From the IMG/VR virus record IMGVR_UViG_3300023174_000144, positions 10,472-74,471 of that record: a DNA stretch of 64,000 nt; one strand, 5' to 3'. Positions 42,841 to 53,344 of the stretch are shown in pieces. Both the position numbers and the translations under genes were made by a program. Source of the DNA: a virus (taxonomy: Duplodnaviria; Caudoviricetes). Below the pieces are notes generated by a model that was not told the origin of the DNA, did not search any database, and worked only from the letters and a program-made list of their open reading frames with translations. Every line of letters starts with the position of its first letter. Within the stretch, counting starts at the first letter, position 1.

Positions 42841-45800
42841 TTAAGGCTGATTTACAAATACAAAAGTTTGTTCTACTTTATCTGCACTACGATCTATTGA
42901 CACTATTCTTACAGCAAATGTTTGTCCATTATTAATCCAAGAAGCATATTTAGTAATTAAATTACCATACATTTCTTGTGAAAGTTTAGAGTATTTGAAA
43001 TCTGGCAAAGAAAGCATGATTGGATAACTTTTTACAACATCATCAAATTGATAAGTATCTATAAGATCTGAACCAGACCAATCACTAGATGTTATATTTA
43101 CATCATTTGTTTGTTTAATATATATTGCTACTTTGTATAAAGATACATCATGCTCTGGTGAAAAATTAATCATTGTATATAATGTGCTATTTTGTTTTGT
43201 TGGTTTTTTATAATAAATAACTTGATTACTTGCTGAATAATTTAAAGCTAAAAATCTCCAATTTAAAGATCCAATCACAAAAGTATTAGCTCCTACTATT
43301 TTACCATATGGTAAATCTATATTAAAAGATGGATCTTCATTATATGAGCTTAATATATAGAATTGTTTATATGGTACTCTTTGAAGAGATTTTAAATTAT
43401 CTTCAAGGCAACAGCCATCAACGCAGTCACTTGAATTTGTTAAAGATACATAATCTTTTGGGCAACTTCTTAAAAACATAAATTCATTACTTGAAGCATC
43501 ATTAGCAAAAAGATAATATTTTCCAAAATAAGGTACATCACCCTCATCTTCAAATATTTTTAACTTGGTAGGATAAATAACAAAAGATATAATCTTTTTT
43601 GAATCTACTATATTTGTTAAATTAACTTCTTTTCCATTCAATATGGGATCATTATCAATACCACAAGATGAAACAAATTTTGCTACAAAGTAATGATAAT
43701 TAATTCCATTTATTTGTTTAATGCCCTTTTCTAGAACTGTATCTGAACCAGATATTCCTTGCACAATAAAGTCTTCTGCATCTGGTAAGTCTAGTATAAA
43801 TTCTATTATAGAATAAGCATCTTCTTTTTGTGTTCCAGCACCCAAAACTTTAACAGAATAAATATTTTTTGCAGAAAACAATTTTAAATCATCACATACA
43901 TATTTAAAATCTCGAGTTTCTGGAGAGTCTACATCTCCAATGTTACCTGGATCCCAAACTCCAAGATAAGCAGGATTACTATTAATTCCACTAGAAGGCA
44001 CATCTTCTGGACAGGTTACATTTTGAGAACTTAAAGAGCTGTATTTATAACTATCTAAACATCTATATGTAGTATAATAAGAGTAATCATTAGGAAATGT
44101 ATTATTGATTAATTTTGCTTGAGATCTTGGGAAATAATTAAAAAATTGAGGTCCAGAAGCAAATCCATCTTTAACAAAATCTAACATTCTTGCTCCACGA
44201 TTATTCAAATAATCATTACAATAGTTTTCATCAGGCCAAGCTATATTTTTGTAACTTTCTGGGGTAAAGAAGTACACAAGACCTTGATAACTTGCTGCAA
44301 TTGTAGATGTATAAAGAGGATTTTGTTTAATACATTTTGTTAATGTTATATATTTATCTATTAGATTATTAGAATCAATAAATGCCCTTACTTGATCATT
44401 ATCAATCGCAGCATTAAATTGAGTCAAGAATGATCTAAATACAGAAGTTTGAAGTGCATTCATATAATATATTTTCATAGAGAATATAGTATCTTGAGGC
44501 AATAAACTATCTGGTGATAATTTTACAGTTAATTTATAAATTGATTGAGTTTGATCATCTATTCTTTCTACAGGATAGTTTTTAAGAGAGATGTTATCAT
44601 CTATATTAAATAAATCATCTATAAATATAAAATTATCTTCTCGGACTTTGTCTTGATCATTATTGATGTTTTTATTAAATTTCTGTGGAAACATAATGAT
44701 AGATTCTAATCCTATGTTTTCTGGTAAAAGCTCTTTAAATGTAAATGAAATATTTTCTGGAGTCTCTCTTTTGTAATTTTTAAATAATTTCAATACATTT
44801 GAGCGATCAATATTTACATGACTAATATTTAATAATTTATATCCTTTGTAATTTGTATATCTAGCTTCTTTAGTGCTTTCATTATACACATTTCCACCAG
44901 CAGAAGAGTTTCCACTGAAATCAATAGCTTCTATAACGCTATAATAATCGTTATAATATCCCACATTACTTACTTGTATAAATGATTTTGGAGAGTATCC
45001 AGATCCTGTTAAATTTTGAATTTGATTATTAATATAGCCAGAGATTGTTTGACTATTTGGATTAAAAAATGTTTGTCCTAAAGTTGTAATTCCTTCTACA
45101 TAAAATGTATTATTTTGAATATATGAATTTAAATTATCTTTTGCATTAAATATTAAAAATCTTGTATTTTCTCCTTTTGTTAGTTGTTGTCCACCAGTTG
45201 TATACATTGGTCCAACATCTCCAACGCTATAAGAGTTTAAATTAGTATTTGATGTTGAAGATGATGAATGATCATAATCTAATCTTCTAATATCATTTGA
45301 GAAGTTTTTTAATATAGTCTGATTTGTTGATATTGTTTCGTCTTTTGGTTTTGGTATAATTCGATCTAAAAATGTTATTTTTTTATCTACAAGATAATTA
45401 GCAAAATCAATATTTGTTGTATTTGGTACGTAATACTTAAATTCATCTGTAGTAGGAGCAGAGAAATCGAATTCCCATCCAACCACTAAATCACTTGAAG
45501 GATTGACAAAGCTTCCACCTGATATATCAGGAATCATTGAATTATATTGTTTTGAATAAAAATTAATGTTCTTAAAATTTATTTCTTTTATAGGATCTAG
45601 AATATTTACTATCCCAGAAAAAGCTTGTCCAGAAGATTCAAATCCTAATTGACTTTTAGAAAAGACTTGAAAGAAATAATTACCCGTGTTTTTTGGTATA
45701 AAAAAAGAAGATACATAACCAGAAGAATATATTGATTCTGCTATAAGATTTCTTCGGTCATTAGAATTTGGTAAATTACTTAAAGTATCTGAATCAGAAG

Positions 45801-45933
45801 AATATATTTTATATCCATTTTGATCTTGATTTTCTTCTGGCGGAGGGAATCTAAAAACAAAACCTTCAGCAAAATTTGTTATTTTAATTTTTTTAAATTC
45901 TACTATTGGTTGATCTGGTAATTCAGCACTCAT
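42841..45933 (-). CDS. tail tip/fibre protein, probably the detached FNIII/C-terminal part of gpJ
   Basis: Starts 2 nt after the J stop; N-terminus GYKIY...NYFFQVFSKSQLGFES is FNIII-like. Confidence 0.6.
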   Translation of the reverse strand: MSAELPDQPIVEFKKIKITNFAEGFVFRFPPPEENQDQNGYKIYSSDSDTLSNLPNSNDRRNLIAESIYSSGYVSSFFIPKNTGNYFFQVFSKSQLGFESSGQAFSGIVNILDPIKEINFKNINFYSKQYNSMIPDISGGSFVNPSSDLVVGWEFDFSAPTTDEFKYYVPNTTNIDFANYLVDKKITFLDRIIPKPKDETISTNQTILKNFSNDIRRLDYDHSSSSTSNTNLNSYSVGDVGPMYTTGGQQLTKGENTRFLIFNAKDNLNSYIQNNTFYVEGITTLGQTFFNPNSQTISGYINNQIQNLTGSGYSPKSFIQVSNVGYYNDYYSVIEAIDFSGNSSAGGNVYNESTKEARYTNYKGYKLLNISHVNIDRSNVLKLFKNYKRETPENISFTFKELLPENIGLESIIMFPQKFNKNINNDQDKVREDNFIFIDDLFNIDDNISLKNYPVERIDDQTQSIYKLTVKLSPDSLLPQDTIFSMKIYYMNALQTSVFRSFLTQFNAAIDNDQVRAFIDSNNLIDKYITLTKCIKQNPLYTSTIAASYQGLVYFFTPESYKNIAWPDENYCNDYLNNRGARMLDFVKDGFASGPQFFNYFPRSQAKLINNTFPNDYSYYTTYRCLDSYKYSSLSSQNVTCPEDVPSSGINSNPAYLGVWDPGNIGDVDSPETRDFKYVCDDLKLFSAKNIYSVKVLGAGTQKEDAYSIIEFILDLPDAEDFIVQGISGSDTVLEKGIKQINGINYHYFVAKFVSSCGIDNDPILNGKEVNLTNIVDSKKIISFVIYPTKLKIFEDEGDVPYFGKYYLFANDASSNEFMFLRSCPKDYVSLTNSSDCVDGCCLEDNLKSLQRVPYKQFYILSSYNEDPSFNIDLPYGKIVGANTFVIGSLNWRFLALNYSASNQVIYYKKPTKQNSTLYTMINFSPEHDVSLYKVAIYIKQTNDVNITSSDWSGSDLIDTYQFDDVVKSYPIMLSLPDFKYSKLSQEMYGNLITKYASWINNGQTFAVRIVSIDRSADKVEQTFVFVNQP

Positions 45934-45935
45934 AA

Positions 45936-48900
45936 TTAAATTTTATCTGTTTCCATAAACTTAGTTTCATCATATTCTAAAGCTGAAATTTTATATTTAT
46001 TTTCTTCTGTTTCTTCTATATCCAAAATTCTAAATTTCTGAGTTTGATCAATATATGGCTCTAATTGTGCTCCTAAATATGGCTTTTCTCTTTTTTCTAA
46101 ATTTTTTTCACTAAAAATACTAGGACTTTTTTCGTATTTGTATGTTTCTGGATCTAACTCAATTGTCCATACTGTATTTTGTAATAATGTATGTTCTACA
46201 TTATCTAAACTTCCAAGAAAATTAATTTTTGCATATCCACTATAATTAATTCCAGTTTCTTCAGTAACAAATGTTTGAAATGATAATCCACTAACTCCAG
46301 TAGTAGTATTAAAATTAATAGTTTGTACTTGTTTTCTTCTGATTGTATTGCTATCTGGGGTTTTAACAGGTATATTTTCGCCTTTTAAATTTATATTAAT
46401 GCTATCATTTTGTAAAGAAGAATTTTCTGAAATTTGATCCATAAAATCATTTGAATTGTCTGTGCCAATTTCTAGATTTCCAGCTGGCGTTAAAACATTA
46501 AATTTACAATCTCCAATTGCTGGTAAAAATCCAGTCATATCATTGTATTTTATATCAATAATTGCAGAATCTGTTCTTAATTGATATGTTCTTCCGCCAA
46601 GAATTTTATTTTGTCTATTTTGATCTTGTATCATAACAATATCTCCAGGTTTTAAATATAAAGCTGGAAGACTTGTTTCAAAAGATACAAGTTCTGACTC
46701 TGAATTTTCTGATAATAAAGTCCATTTTCCATATCTCTCAGCTTGACTTTCACTTGTGCATCCAAAAGCGCTCATTTCCATTTCTCTTATGCCATTTCTT
46801 AATATACCTTCTCTATTTTCTACATACTTAATAGCTGGTTTATAAAAATTGTCTTTATCATTATATCTAACTAAGGCTACATTTCTTCTTACTCTTTTGC
46901 TTGTGTTGCTATATGTAAATTCTCCTTCTTTGACATTTGAATTATTAAAAATATAAATTGGATCTTTAGGTTTATCTTGAGAAGCAAAAATAAGTCCAGC
47001 CGTATAATACACAATACCTCTAAAAATACTTGCCATATCATTTATTATTTTATAAGCATCTTCTCTAGTAGAAAAAAGAAGATTGCATGTAAACCTTGGC
47101 TCTACATCTGCTATTTTTGTTTTATCAACATCATTTGGAGTATTTGATCTTTTACTCTTAACTAATTCATCACAATATCTTGATATTTCATATAGAGTCC
47201 ATTTATCAACATATTTTGAATCAAAATACTTACCTAATCCAAATCTATTATTTGTAATCATATCATAAAAACACCAAGCTGGATTATCTGTCCAAGCTAA
47301 AGCGAATTCTCCATTCCAACTACCTTGATAAGTTCTAGTATATGGATTATAATTAGATGGAACTTTTACTTTTAATAGTCTTGTATCATAAGATCTCTGA
47401 GGTATAGTACTGAAGAATCTGGCATCAAAATTAGTTAAAATTGCAGCTGTATTTGGATATATTAATTTCTCATCGTATATTTCTGTAACAGAATCAACAT
47501 TTGCTTTATTAGCTATATTTATATCAACTGATTCAAAATGTAATGGGGTAATTTCTATTTCCCATCCTATTGTCTCTGGTAAGGAAACTTTATCTAAACC
47601 AAGCCATTCGAAACTTTCTATATATGCTCCTTGATTTAATTTTCCAACTATCTTTAAAACCCACGTATCTGATCCAACATTATAAGAATCTGCACTAATT
47701 TGTGATGCTGGAACTGGAGTTCCATCCCATTTAATATAAGAAATTTTTTGTGGTTCAGTGATGCTAGAATCAATTCTTTTAAGTCTCAAATAATAAAGCT
47801 GTGCATATCTATCTACTCTTCCAGTTGTTGTATTCTTTGCAGCATCTGCAGCACTTTCCCATATAGTTAAATCAACAATTTGTTTAAATAATACAGAAGC
47901 TTTAATATTTAATCTTAAACCAGATAAATTTTTAGTTAAAAGATTTATTGATTTTTTATATCTTATAATCTCTCCTGTATCTTGTATTTTTCTGGCTCCT
48001 AATAATTTCATTCCAGAAGTTTTTGTTTTTGAAATACTCTTAGGAATTCTAACTAATAAATTAGATTGATCATAATCTTTTATAATTTTAACATTTTTTG
48101 CATTATTTTCTTGAGTTGTTTGTTTTATATTAAGTATATCTGTTACTTTAGATCCTGGCGCTAATATCTTGGTATAAACTTCTTCTTTTAAATCTATATG
48201 TTTGTGCTGTCGTAAATTAGAATGTAAAGATGGCTTTCCTCCATTTGTATAACCTAATCTAATAAAATCAAAATTAAGAGATGCATTCTGCGGATATGTA
48301 TTATCTGCCAAAGGCGTTTCATTCCAATATATAGAACGAATTAACGGATCGGGTCCAGGATATTTTTCTATTCTTACTCCATTTTCGTATCCGAGCATAC
48401 CTTCTTTATTTCCTGGAAGTGGTATTATTTCGTAATCTGTTATTCCTTCTATTGGTCCTTCGCTGATAATATCTAATATAGATATATTTGTTAAAGTTGT
48501 TATACCAACATCTTCAGATTTTTTAGCTTCATTTATATATACAGTAGAGTAATTAGTCAATGTACGGTAGTCTTCTACTGTTTGGCCAGGCTTACATGTT
48601 GCTTGATTTGGTATGACATTTGCAAGATAATTAAATTGATCCTTTGCTCCAAAAAAAGAGATTGCAGTAGTTCGTGTTTTATTTGTTTTAGTTGGATAAG
48701 TGCATGTATAAATTTGATTGTTTGTTGCTATTTTACTTTTTTCATCTTCGGTGTATAAATATAATGTAAATGCTATTTGATTAACAAATTGAGGTTCTAA
48801 AAATGAACAATCTGCAGCTGGTACAATTCTACAAGTATAAACTCCTGCTTTTGTGGGTATACCATTAGGATATTTTAATTTGTTTGGATTGACTTTTAAT

Positions 48901-51275
48901 TTTTTAGCGTTGCTTTCACCAATTCCTGCAATATCTTTTTCTAATTTGACTTCTCCAATTAATGCTGGTGGAATAGTTATATCGTTATAAGAGCTTGGAG
49001 CAGAATAATAAGCTTGATATTCATTTAGTTCTTGGAAGTCGTCTATTGCCTTTTGGCTTGAGAAAAATGCCTTAATAGTTTTAGGAACTCTTTTTGCTTC
49101 TAATGGCTTACTTTCAGTAAAAAGAACATCAGGAATCAAATAGTCATCATTTTTGTTTTCAATTTTTTGATATGTTTCTGTTGGCAAATTAGAATAATAA
49201 GTTCCTACAGTTGTAGTTTTTCCAGCAATTGCCTTGTTTGGGTTCTTATTTGGTACATCATTTGTTGTATAAGATACTGATTGCGTTATGAATTTTCTAT
49301 TTATATCTCTAATAGTCAAGCTCATTAGTGCGCTTCTTAATTTAGAAACTGGACCATCTTTTTTGCCTCCACCTTTTGGAGCGGTAGGTGGTGTATAACA
49401 AACTTTTCCATTGCTATCTATTCTAGTATCTTCTCCAGCATCTATTACCATAAGAACATCAACATTAATTGATGTAGATGTATCAATATTCTTACCTTTT
49501 TTGGTGCTTCCAACAAATTTATATATTGTTAATCCTGTAACGGGATCTATTCTAGGTTTATCTTTTTTTAATCCAGTTCTACTATCTAAAACTGAATCTG
49601 TTTCTACTACCCAATTTCCAGCGCTTGAAGTAGGATCATCTATATAAACAAAAAATTTTCTACTATCAGGATTTGTAATATTTGAAAAAGTTATAGGTTT
49701 AGAACTATTTCTTGGTATAGGCTTTAAGATAGCATTAGCAGTAGCATCATTAAATAATCCGCCTAATATTCCTAATCCACTCTTTCCTAAACTTTGAGCA
49801 ATCGAACCATATCCTTTACCAGTTGCAGAAATTATATCTGACATTTTTGCAAATCTTACTATTGCATCTGAAGTAGGAGATAATGTAAGAGTTATTGTTC
49901 CATTTTGAACTGTAAATGCTGGATTAGAATATATATTTATGCTAGATGGAAAACTAGCAGAAGGTTTGATATTTTTTGTTTCATCTGGAGTAATATTTAA
50001 AGTTATATTAACTCCTGTAGATACTGCTTTATTATTAGCAACGTAACATGTGATTGTTTCATTAAATGCATGTTTTGGAGTTCCAGATATAACACCTGTG
50101 GTTCTGTTTAGTGATAATCCTTCTGGTAAATAATCAACAGCAAAACATAAATTACTTGCATTATTGTGTTTGATTGTTCCTGAAGATTTTTGATTAACAA
50201 CGAAATTAAAAGTTTGTGAAGGTGTTATGGTTGGGGTAGAGCCGCTAATTGTTCCTGTAACAATTTGTAAATTAAAATTAATACTTTGGCCTGAAGCAGC
50301 ATCACTATTAAATAATGTTATTGGTATTGAAGTGATAGTTATTAAATTTGATGGACTTTTTATAGTACCAGATATTTTTTTTGTTTCTTTATTAAAACTT
50401 AATCCTAATATACTTAATCTAGCTAATCCTTCATTATCTATACTAGCGTCCCATGTTCCATTTGATATATTTGTATTGATTGTATAATCTATAGTTGTGC
50501 CTGCTTGTGCTCTTATAATAGGAGCAGATGTACTTCTTATAGGATTATTTCCCAAAGAATCTTTACATTTAATTGTTAAAGTTTTAAAAGAATCAATTGT
50601 TATTGGTTTTTTATTTTTGTCTACTCCAGCAGTTAAGATGCTAGCATTTAATTGAACTGTATAATAACCAACTTTGGAGACTGGTTTATCTGAAGTCCAT
50701 AAAGTATCTGTAGCTATAGTTTTTGATGGATCAGTACTTGCAGTTTTAAATTGTAAATAAGTTTCAAAGCTTTCATTTCTTGATATATAATAATATGTTA
50801 CTGCCTGAGCGGAATTTATTGTATATGAAAATAACTGTCCTTTAGTTGCATCTGCAAATCCAGAAGTTGTAATTTTTGCTGGAACTAAAGAAGTTTCACC
50901 AGCGGCTCCTCTTAATATCGTTCCATCTGCAAAATCAAATACAAACCAAAATCCTTTATTTCTATCAACTCCTTGTATTGAACCTCGGGATATACCATCC
51001 TGAACTTTATTAGTATTATTACTTGGATTCAATGCTGGATTATAAGCTTGGACTAAATCAAGAAGATCTGCGTCTACATCTAATCCTGTGCTTACATCAG
51101 TAATTTCATCTTTCTTTGGGTCGCCAAGATCATTAAAAAAAGGAATTACTTCATCATTAAAATAAGTATTTTTATCATTATCAAAGTTATGTCCATTTGC
51201 GCCTCTATATGCAATACCTTCAATGTATTTGTTTGGATCACAATCTTTACACCTTTTAGCGTTATCTGCAGCCAT
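45936..51275 (-). CDS. central tail fibre / tip attachment protein (lambda gpJ-like) with N-terminal Ig domains
   Basis: YPNTAA, VKVPSNYNP.TRTY.G.W.G.F..AWTDNPAWC.YD, EPRFTCN, DMASIFRG; He_PIG-like LPEGLSLNRTTGVISGTP. Confidence 0.88.
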   Translation of the reverse strand: MAADNAKRCKDCDPNKYIEGIAYRGANGHNFDNDKNTYFNDEVIPFFNDLGDPKKDEITDVSTGLDVDADLLDLVQAYNPALNPSNNTNKVQDGISRGSIQGVDRNKGFWFVFDFADGTILRGAAGETSLVPAKITTSGFADATKGQLFSYTINSAQAVTYYYISRNESFETYLQFKTASTDPSKTIATDTLWTSDKPVSKVGYYTVQLNASILTAGVDKNKKPITIDSFKTLTIKCKDSLGNNPIRSTSAPIIRAQAGTTIDYTINTNISNGTWDASIDNEGLARLSILGLSFNKETKKISGTIKSPSNLITITSIPITLFNSDAASGQSINFNLQIVTGTISGSTPTITPSQTFNFVVNQKSSGTIKHNNASNLCFAVDYLPEGLSLNRTTGVISGTPKHAFNETITCYVANNKAVSTGVNITLNITPDETKNIKPSASFPSSINIYSNPAFTVQNGTITLTLSPTSDAIVRFAKMSDIISATGKGYGSIAQSLGKSGLGILGGLFNDATANAILKPIPRNSSKPITFSNITNPDSRKFFVYIDDPTSSAGNWVVETDSVLDSRTGLKKDKPRIDPVTGLTIYKFVGSTKKGKNIDTSTSINVDVLMVIDAGEDTRIDSNGKVCYTPPTAPKGGGKKDGPVSKLRSALMSLTIRDINRKFITQSVSYTTNDVPNKNPNKAIAGKTTTVGTYYSNLPTETYQKIENKNDDYLIPDVLFTESKPLEAKRVPKTIKAFFSSQKAIDDFQELNEYQAYYSAPSSYNDITIPPALIGEVKLEKDIAGIGESNAKKLKVNPNKLKYPNGIPTKAGVYTCRIVPAADCSFLEPQFVNQIAFTLYLYTEDEKSKIATNNQIYTCTYPTKTNKTRTTAISFFGAKDQFNYLANVIPNQATCKPGQTVEDYRTLTNYSTVYINEAKKSEDVGITTLTNISILDIISEGPIEGITDYEIIPLPGNKEGMLGYENGVRIEKYPGPDPLIRSIYWNETPLADNTYPQNASLNFDFIRLGYTNGGKPSLHSNLRQHKHIDLKEEVYTKILAPGSKVTDILNIKQTTQENNAKNVKIIKDYDQSNLLVRIPKSISKTKTSGMKLLGARKIQDTGEIIRYKKSINLLTKNLSGLRLNIKASVLFKQIVDLTIWESAADAAKNTTTGRVDRYAQLYYLRLKRIDSSITEPQKISYIKWDGTPVPASQISADSYNVGSDTWVLKIVGKLNQGAYIESFEWLGLDKVSLPETIGWEIEITPLHFESVDINIANKANVDSVTEIYDEKLIYPNTAAILTNFDARFFSTIPQRSYDTRLLKVKVPSNYNPYTRTYQGSWNGEFALAWTDNPAWCFYDMITNNRFGLGKYFDSKYVDKWTLYEISRYCDELVKSKRSNTPNDVDKTKIADVEPRFTCNLLFSTREDAYKIINDMASIFRGIVYYTAGLIFASQDKPKDPIYIFNNSNVKEGEFTYSNTSKRVRRNVALVRYNDKDNFYKPAIKYVENREGILRNGIREMEMSAFGCTSESQAERYGKWTLLSENSESELVSFETSLPALYLKPGDIVMIQDQNRQNKILGGRTYQLRTDSAIIDIKYNDMTGFLPAIGDCKFNVLTPAGNLEIGTDNSNDFMDQISENSSLQNDSININLKGENIPVKTPDSNTIRRKQVQTINFNTTTGVSGLSFQTFVTEETGINYSGYAKINFLGSLDNVEHTLLQNTVWTIELDPETYKYEKSPSIFSEKNLEKREKPYLGAQLEPYIDQTQKFRILDIEETEENKYKISALEYDETKFMETDKI

Positions 51276-51276
51276 A

Positions 51277-52593
51277 TTAAGATGTTAATGAAGTTGTTGA
51301 CATGTCTTCATTATTTATATTTGTTATCTTTACTGGATATCCTCTTGTGTTAAAATAATAACTTTTAGATGGATAGCTGAGATCTCCTCCTGGGTCTCTT
51401 TTTGGTTTACCAACCTGTTTGCCTTCTGTTTCAAGATGAGATTCTCTTGATTGAATTCTATAATATTGATCGTAAGATGCAAAAACTTGATGACTTCCTA
51501 TAATAAGTCTTCCATATCCTACTGGAACAGGTCCACCTTCTCCAACCGTGTTAACTGGTCCATTAAATAAATAAGAGGGTTCTCCTCCACCACCATTTGG
51601 AGAGCCACTAAAATCTGCAGAAGGATTGGCTATAGCGGCTGGACTTACCATTGGAGGTGGTTTAGATAACATTAAACTAACTCCAACAGCAACTAGTCCT
51701 AAAATTGCTGGCATCATCATTTGTAGTGTTAATCCAGCAAATACTTGAGTTCCTGGAATAATAGCTAATATAACAGCTAAAAAAATAGCTATAATACCTT
51801 TCATCATTCCTCCTCCACCTTTACCACCTTTGCCACCTCCTCCATTATGAACTAAAATTTCTTCAGCAATATATGTATGATGATCTTTTACATGCATATT
51901 ATAAACATCTTCATAACCATCTTCTTCTATTCTTTCTATTGGTAAAACATCTCCACTTTGATGTATTAATATATCTCCTATTTTAAAATTTGACAATGGT
52001 GCAAATCTATTGTGTTCATTTAAAAACCAATGATTTTCTGTTGCACGTATAGTTTTGCCTCCCCACAAGGTAATTTTTAATATTTTATTTTTTTCATGGA
52101 AAAAAGTTTCTTCGACTACAGATGTTTTAATATTTTTATCTTTATCAAAACAAAGAATCTCATCTCCTGCTTTAAAATTTTCTATATTTTTATTTCCATT
52201 TGGAGTAGATATTTTAATTCCAGCTGGAAAACATCCTCCTCCACCTCCACCGCCACCACCTGCGCCTTCAATAACTGGAATTATATCAATTGAAGAAAGC
52301 TTGTCGTTTTCAAACGGCATGTTCAATTCTGAATTTCTTAATGAATCAATATGTTTTTTTGTTAAATCTTTATTTTTTTGAGGTAAACTTTCTATGTTTG
52401 GTACCCATACAGATCTATTATTAATAAATATCTCATATTTTGCTTCATTTTGTGCTTGTTGAATAAGGTATTTTATCAATTTTCCAGTATTAGCTTCTAT
52501 AGCTCTTATAGCTTCTGAAACACTGTTCACTTTTAAATTCCATTCGGAACCAATTTGATCACCTAAATCACCATGTAATGTAACCTTTACCAT
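51277..52593 (-). CDS. tail assembly protein gpI-like with inserted Hint domain
   Basis: MVKVTLHGDLG...EAIRAI...IIPVIEGA Ubl N-terminus, C-terminal PVPVGYGRLIIGS, Hint CFPAG...VYN..V..HHTY....LVHN. Confidence 0.88.
   Translation of the reverse strand: MVKVTLHGDLGDQIGSEWNLKVNSVSEAIRAIEANTGKLIKYLIQQAQNEAKYEIFINNRSVWVPNIESLPQKNKDLTKKHIDSLRNSELNMPFENDKLSSIDIIPVIEGAGGGGGGGGGCFPAGIKISTPNGNKNIENFKAGDEILCFDKDKNIKTSVVEETFFHEKNKILKITLWGGKTIRATENHWFLNEHNRFAPLSNFKIGDILIHQSGDVLPIERIEEDGYEDVYNMHVKDHHTYIAEEILVHNGGGGKGGKGGGGMMKGIIAIFLAVILAIIPGTQVFAGLTLQMMMPAILGLVAVGVSLMLSKPPPMVSPAAIANPSADFSGSPNGGGGEPSYLFNGPVNTVGEGGPVPVGYGRLIIGSHQVFASYDQYYRIQSRESHLETEGKQVGKPKRDPGGDLSYPSKSYYFNTRGYPVKITNINNEDMSTTSLTS
51844..52233 (-). 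other. 130-aa Hint (intein-like) domain, Cys121-Asn250
   Basis: Block A CFPAGIKI, block B ATENHWF, C-terminal VHN followed by Gly; no endonuclease domain. Confidence 0.88.
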
Positions 52594-52594
52594 A

Positions 52595-53344
52595 TTAAAT
52601 CATGCTCCTATGCCTGACGATATATTTCGTATGTTTTCGATAAAAATCGTCATATATATTTACACAAGAAAAAGAATTATATGGATGGTGTAAAATCGTA
52701 TTATTTCCTATATTCATTGCGCAGTGAGTAGCATACACTTCAGAAACGTTAGGAAATAGCATAAAAAAGGCATCGTGCTTTTTAAAAGGGGTATTTTTAT
52801 CTAGCTTAATAAAATTTTGTTTTTCAAAAAAATCTTCATATATAGAATTTATATCTTTTAAATTTTTTGGATATGCTATTTCTTTTGGGCAATATATTGA
52901 AACATTTAATTCTTTTTTGTAATAGTCTATAGCCAAAGAGAAGCAGTCTGAAACTTCAGTGATGTATGGTCTGCCAATGTATTTATTTTTGTAAGTATTT
53001 GGATAATACATATTGAATATGTCATTTTTTATATTATAGAGTATAAATGTTATATTATGTTTGTTACTATTTAACATATCTATTTCGCTAAATTCATTAT
53101 TGTCGTTATTATGAGAATGAAAACAAGCAACAATTTTACCTAATTGACTACATTTTAAATACTCTAAAGAAGATATTGAGAAGAAGTTTTTTTTATCAAA
53201 TGCTATATTTTTACAAGAATATATATTAAATTTTAATTTTTTTTCATCAAAATATATTAGACCACAAGATTCTATATCTTTTCTATTATTAGATAGATCT
53301 TTAATTTCATTTTTTAATGAACTATTAAAATCTATATTAATCAT
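52595..53344 (-). CDS. tail assembly protein gpK-like (JAB + NlpC/P60)
   Basis: ESCG...FHSH...FSEID JAB motif; DCFSLAIDYY and HCAM..G...LHH NlpC/P60 motifs. Confidence 0.85.
   Translation of the reverse strand: MINIDFNSSLKNEIKDLSNNRKDIESCGLIYFDEKKLKFNIYSCKNIAFDKKNFFSISSLEYLKCSQLGKIVACFHSHNNDNNEFSEIDMLNSNKHNITFILYNIKNDIFNMYYPNTYKNKYIGRPYITEVSDCFSLAIDYYKKELNVSIYCPKEIAYPKNLKDINSIYEDFFEKQNFIKLDKNTPFKKHDAFFMLFPNVSEVYATHCAMNIGNNTILHHPYNSFSCVNIYDDFYRKHTKYIVRHRSMI

Noticed and set aside
51844-52233. Canonical homing intein
   Set aside because: No endonuclease domain and the +1 residue is Gly; treated instead as a BIL/pretoxin-type Hint.
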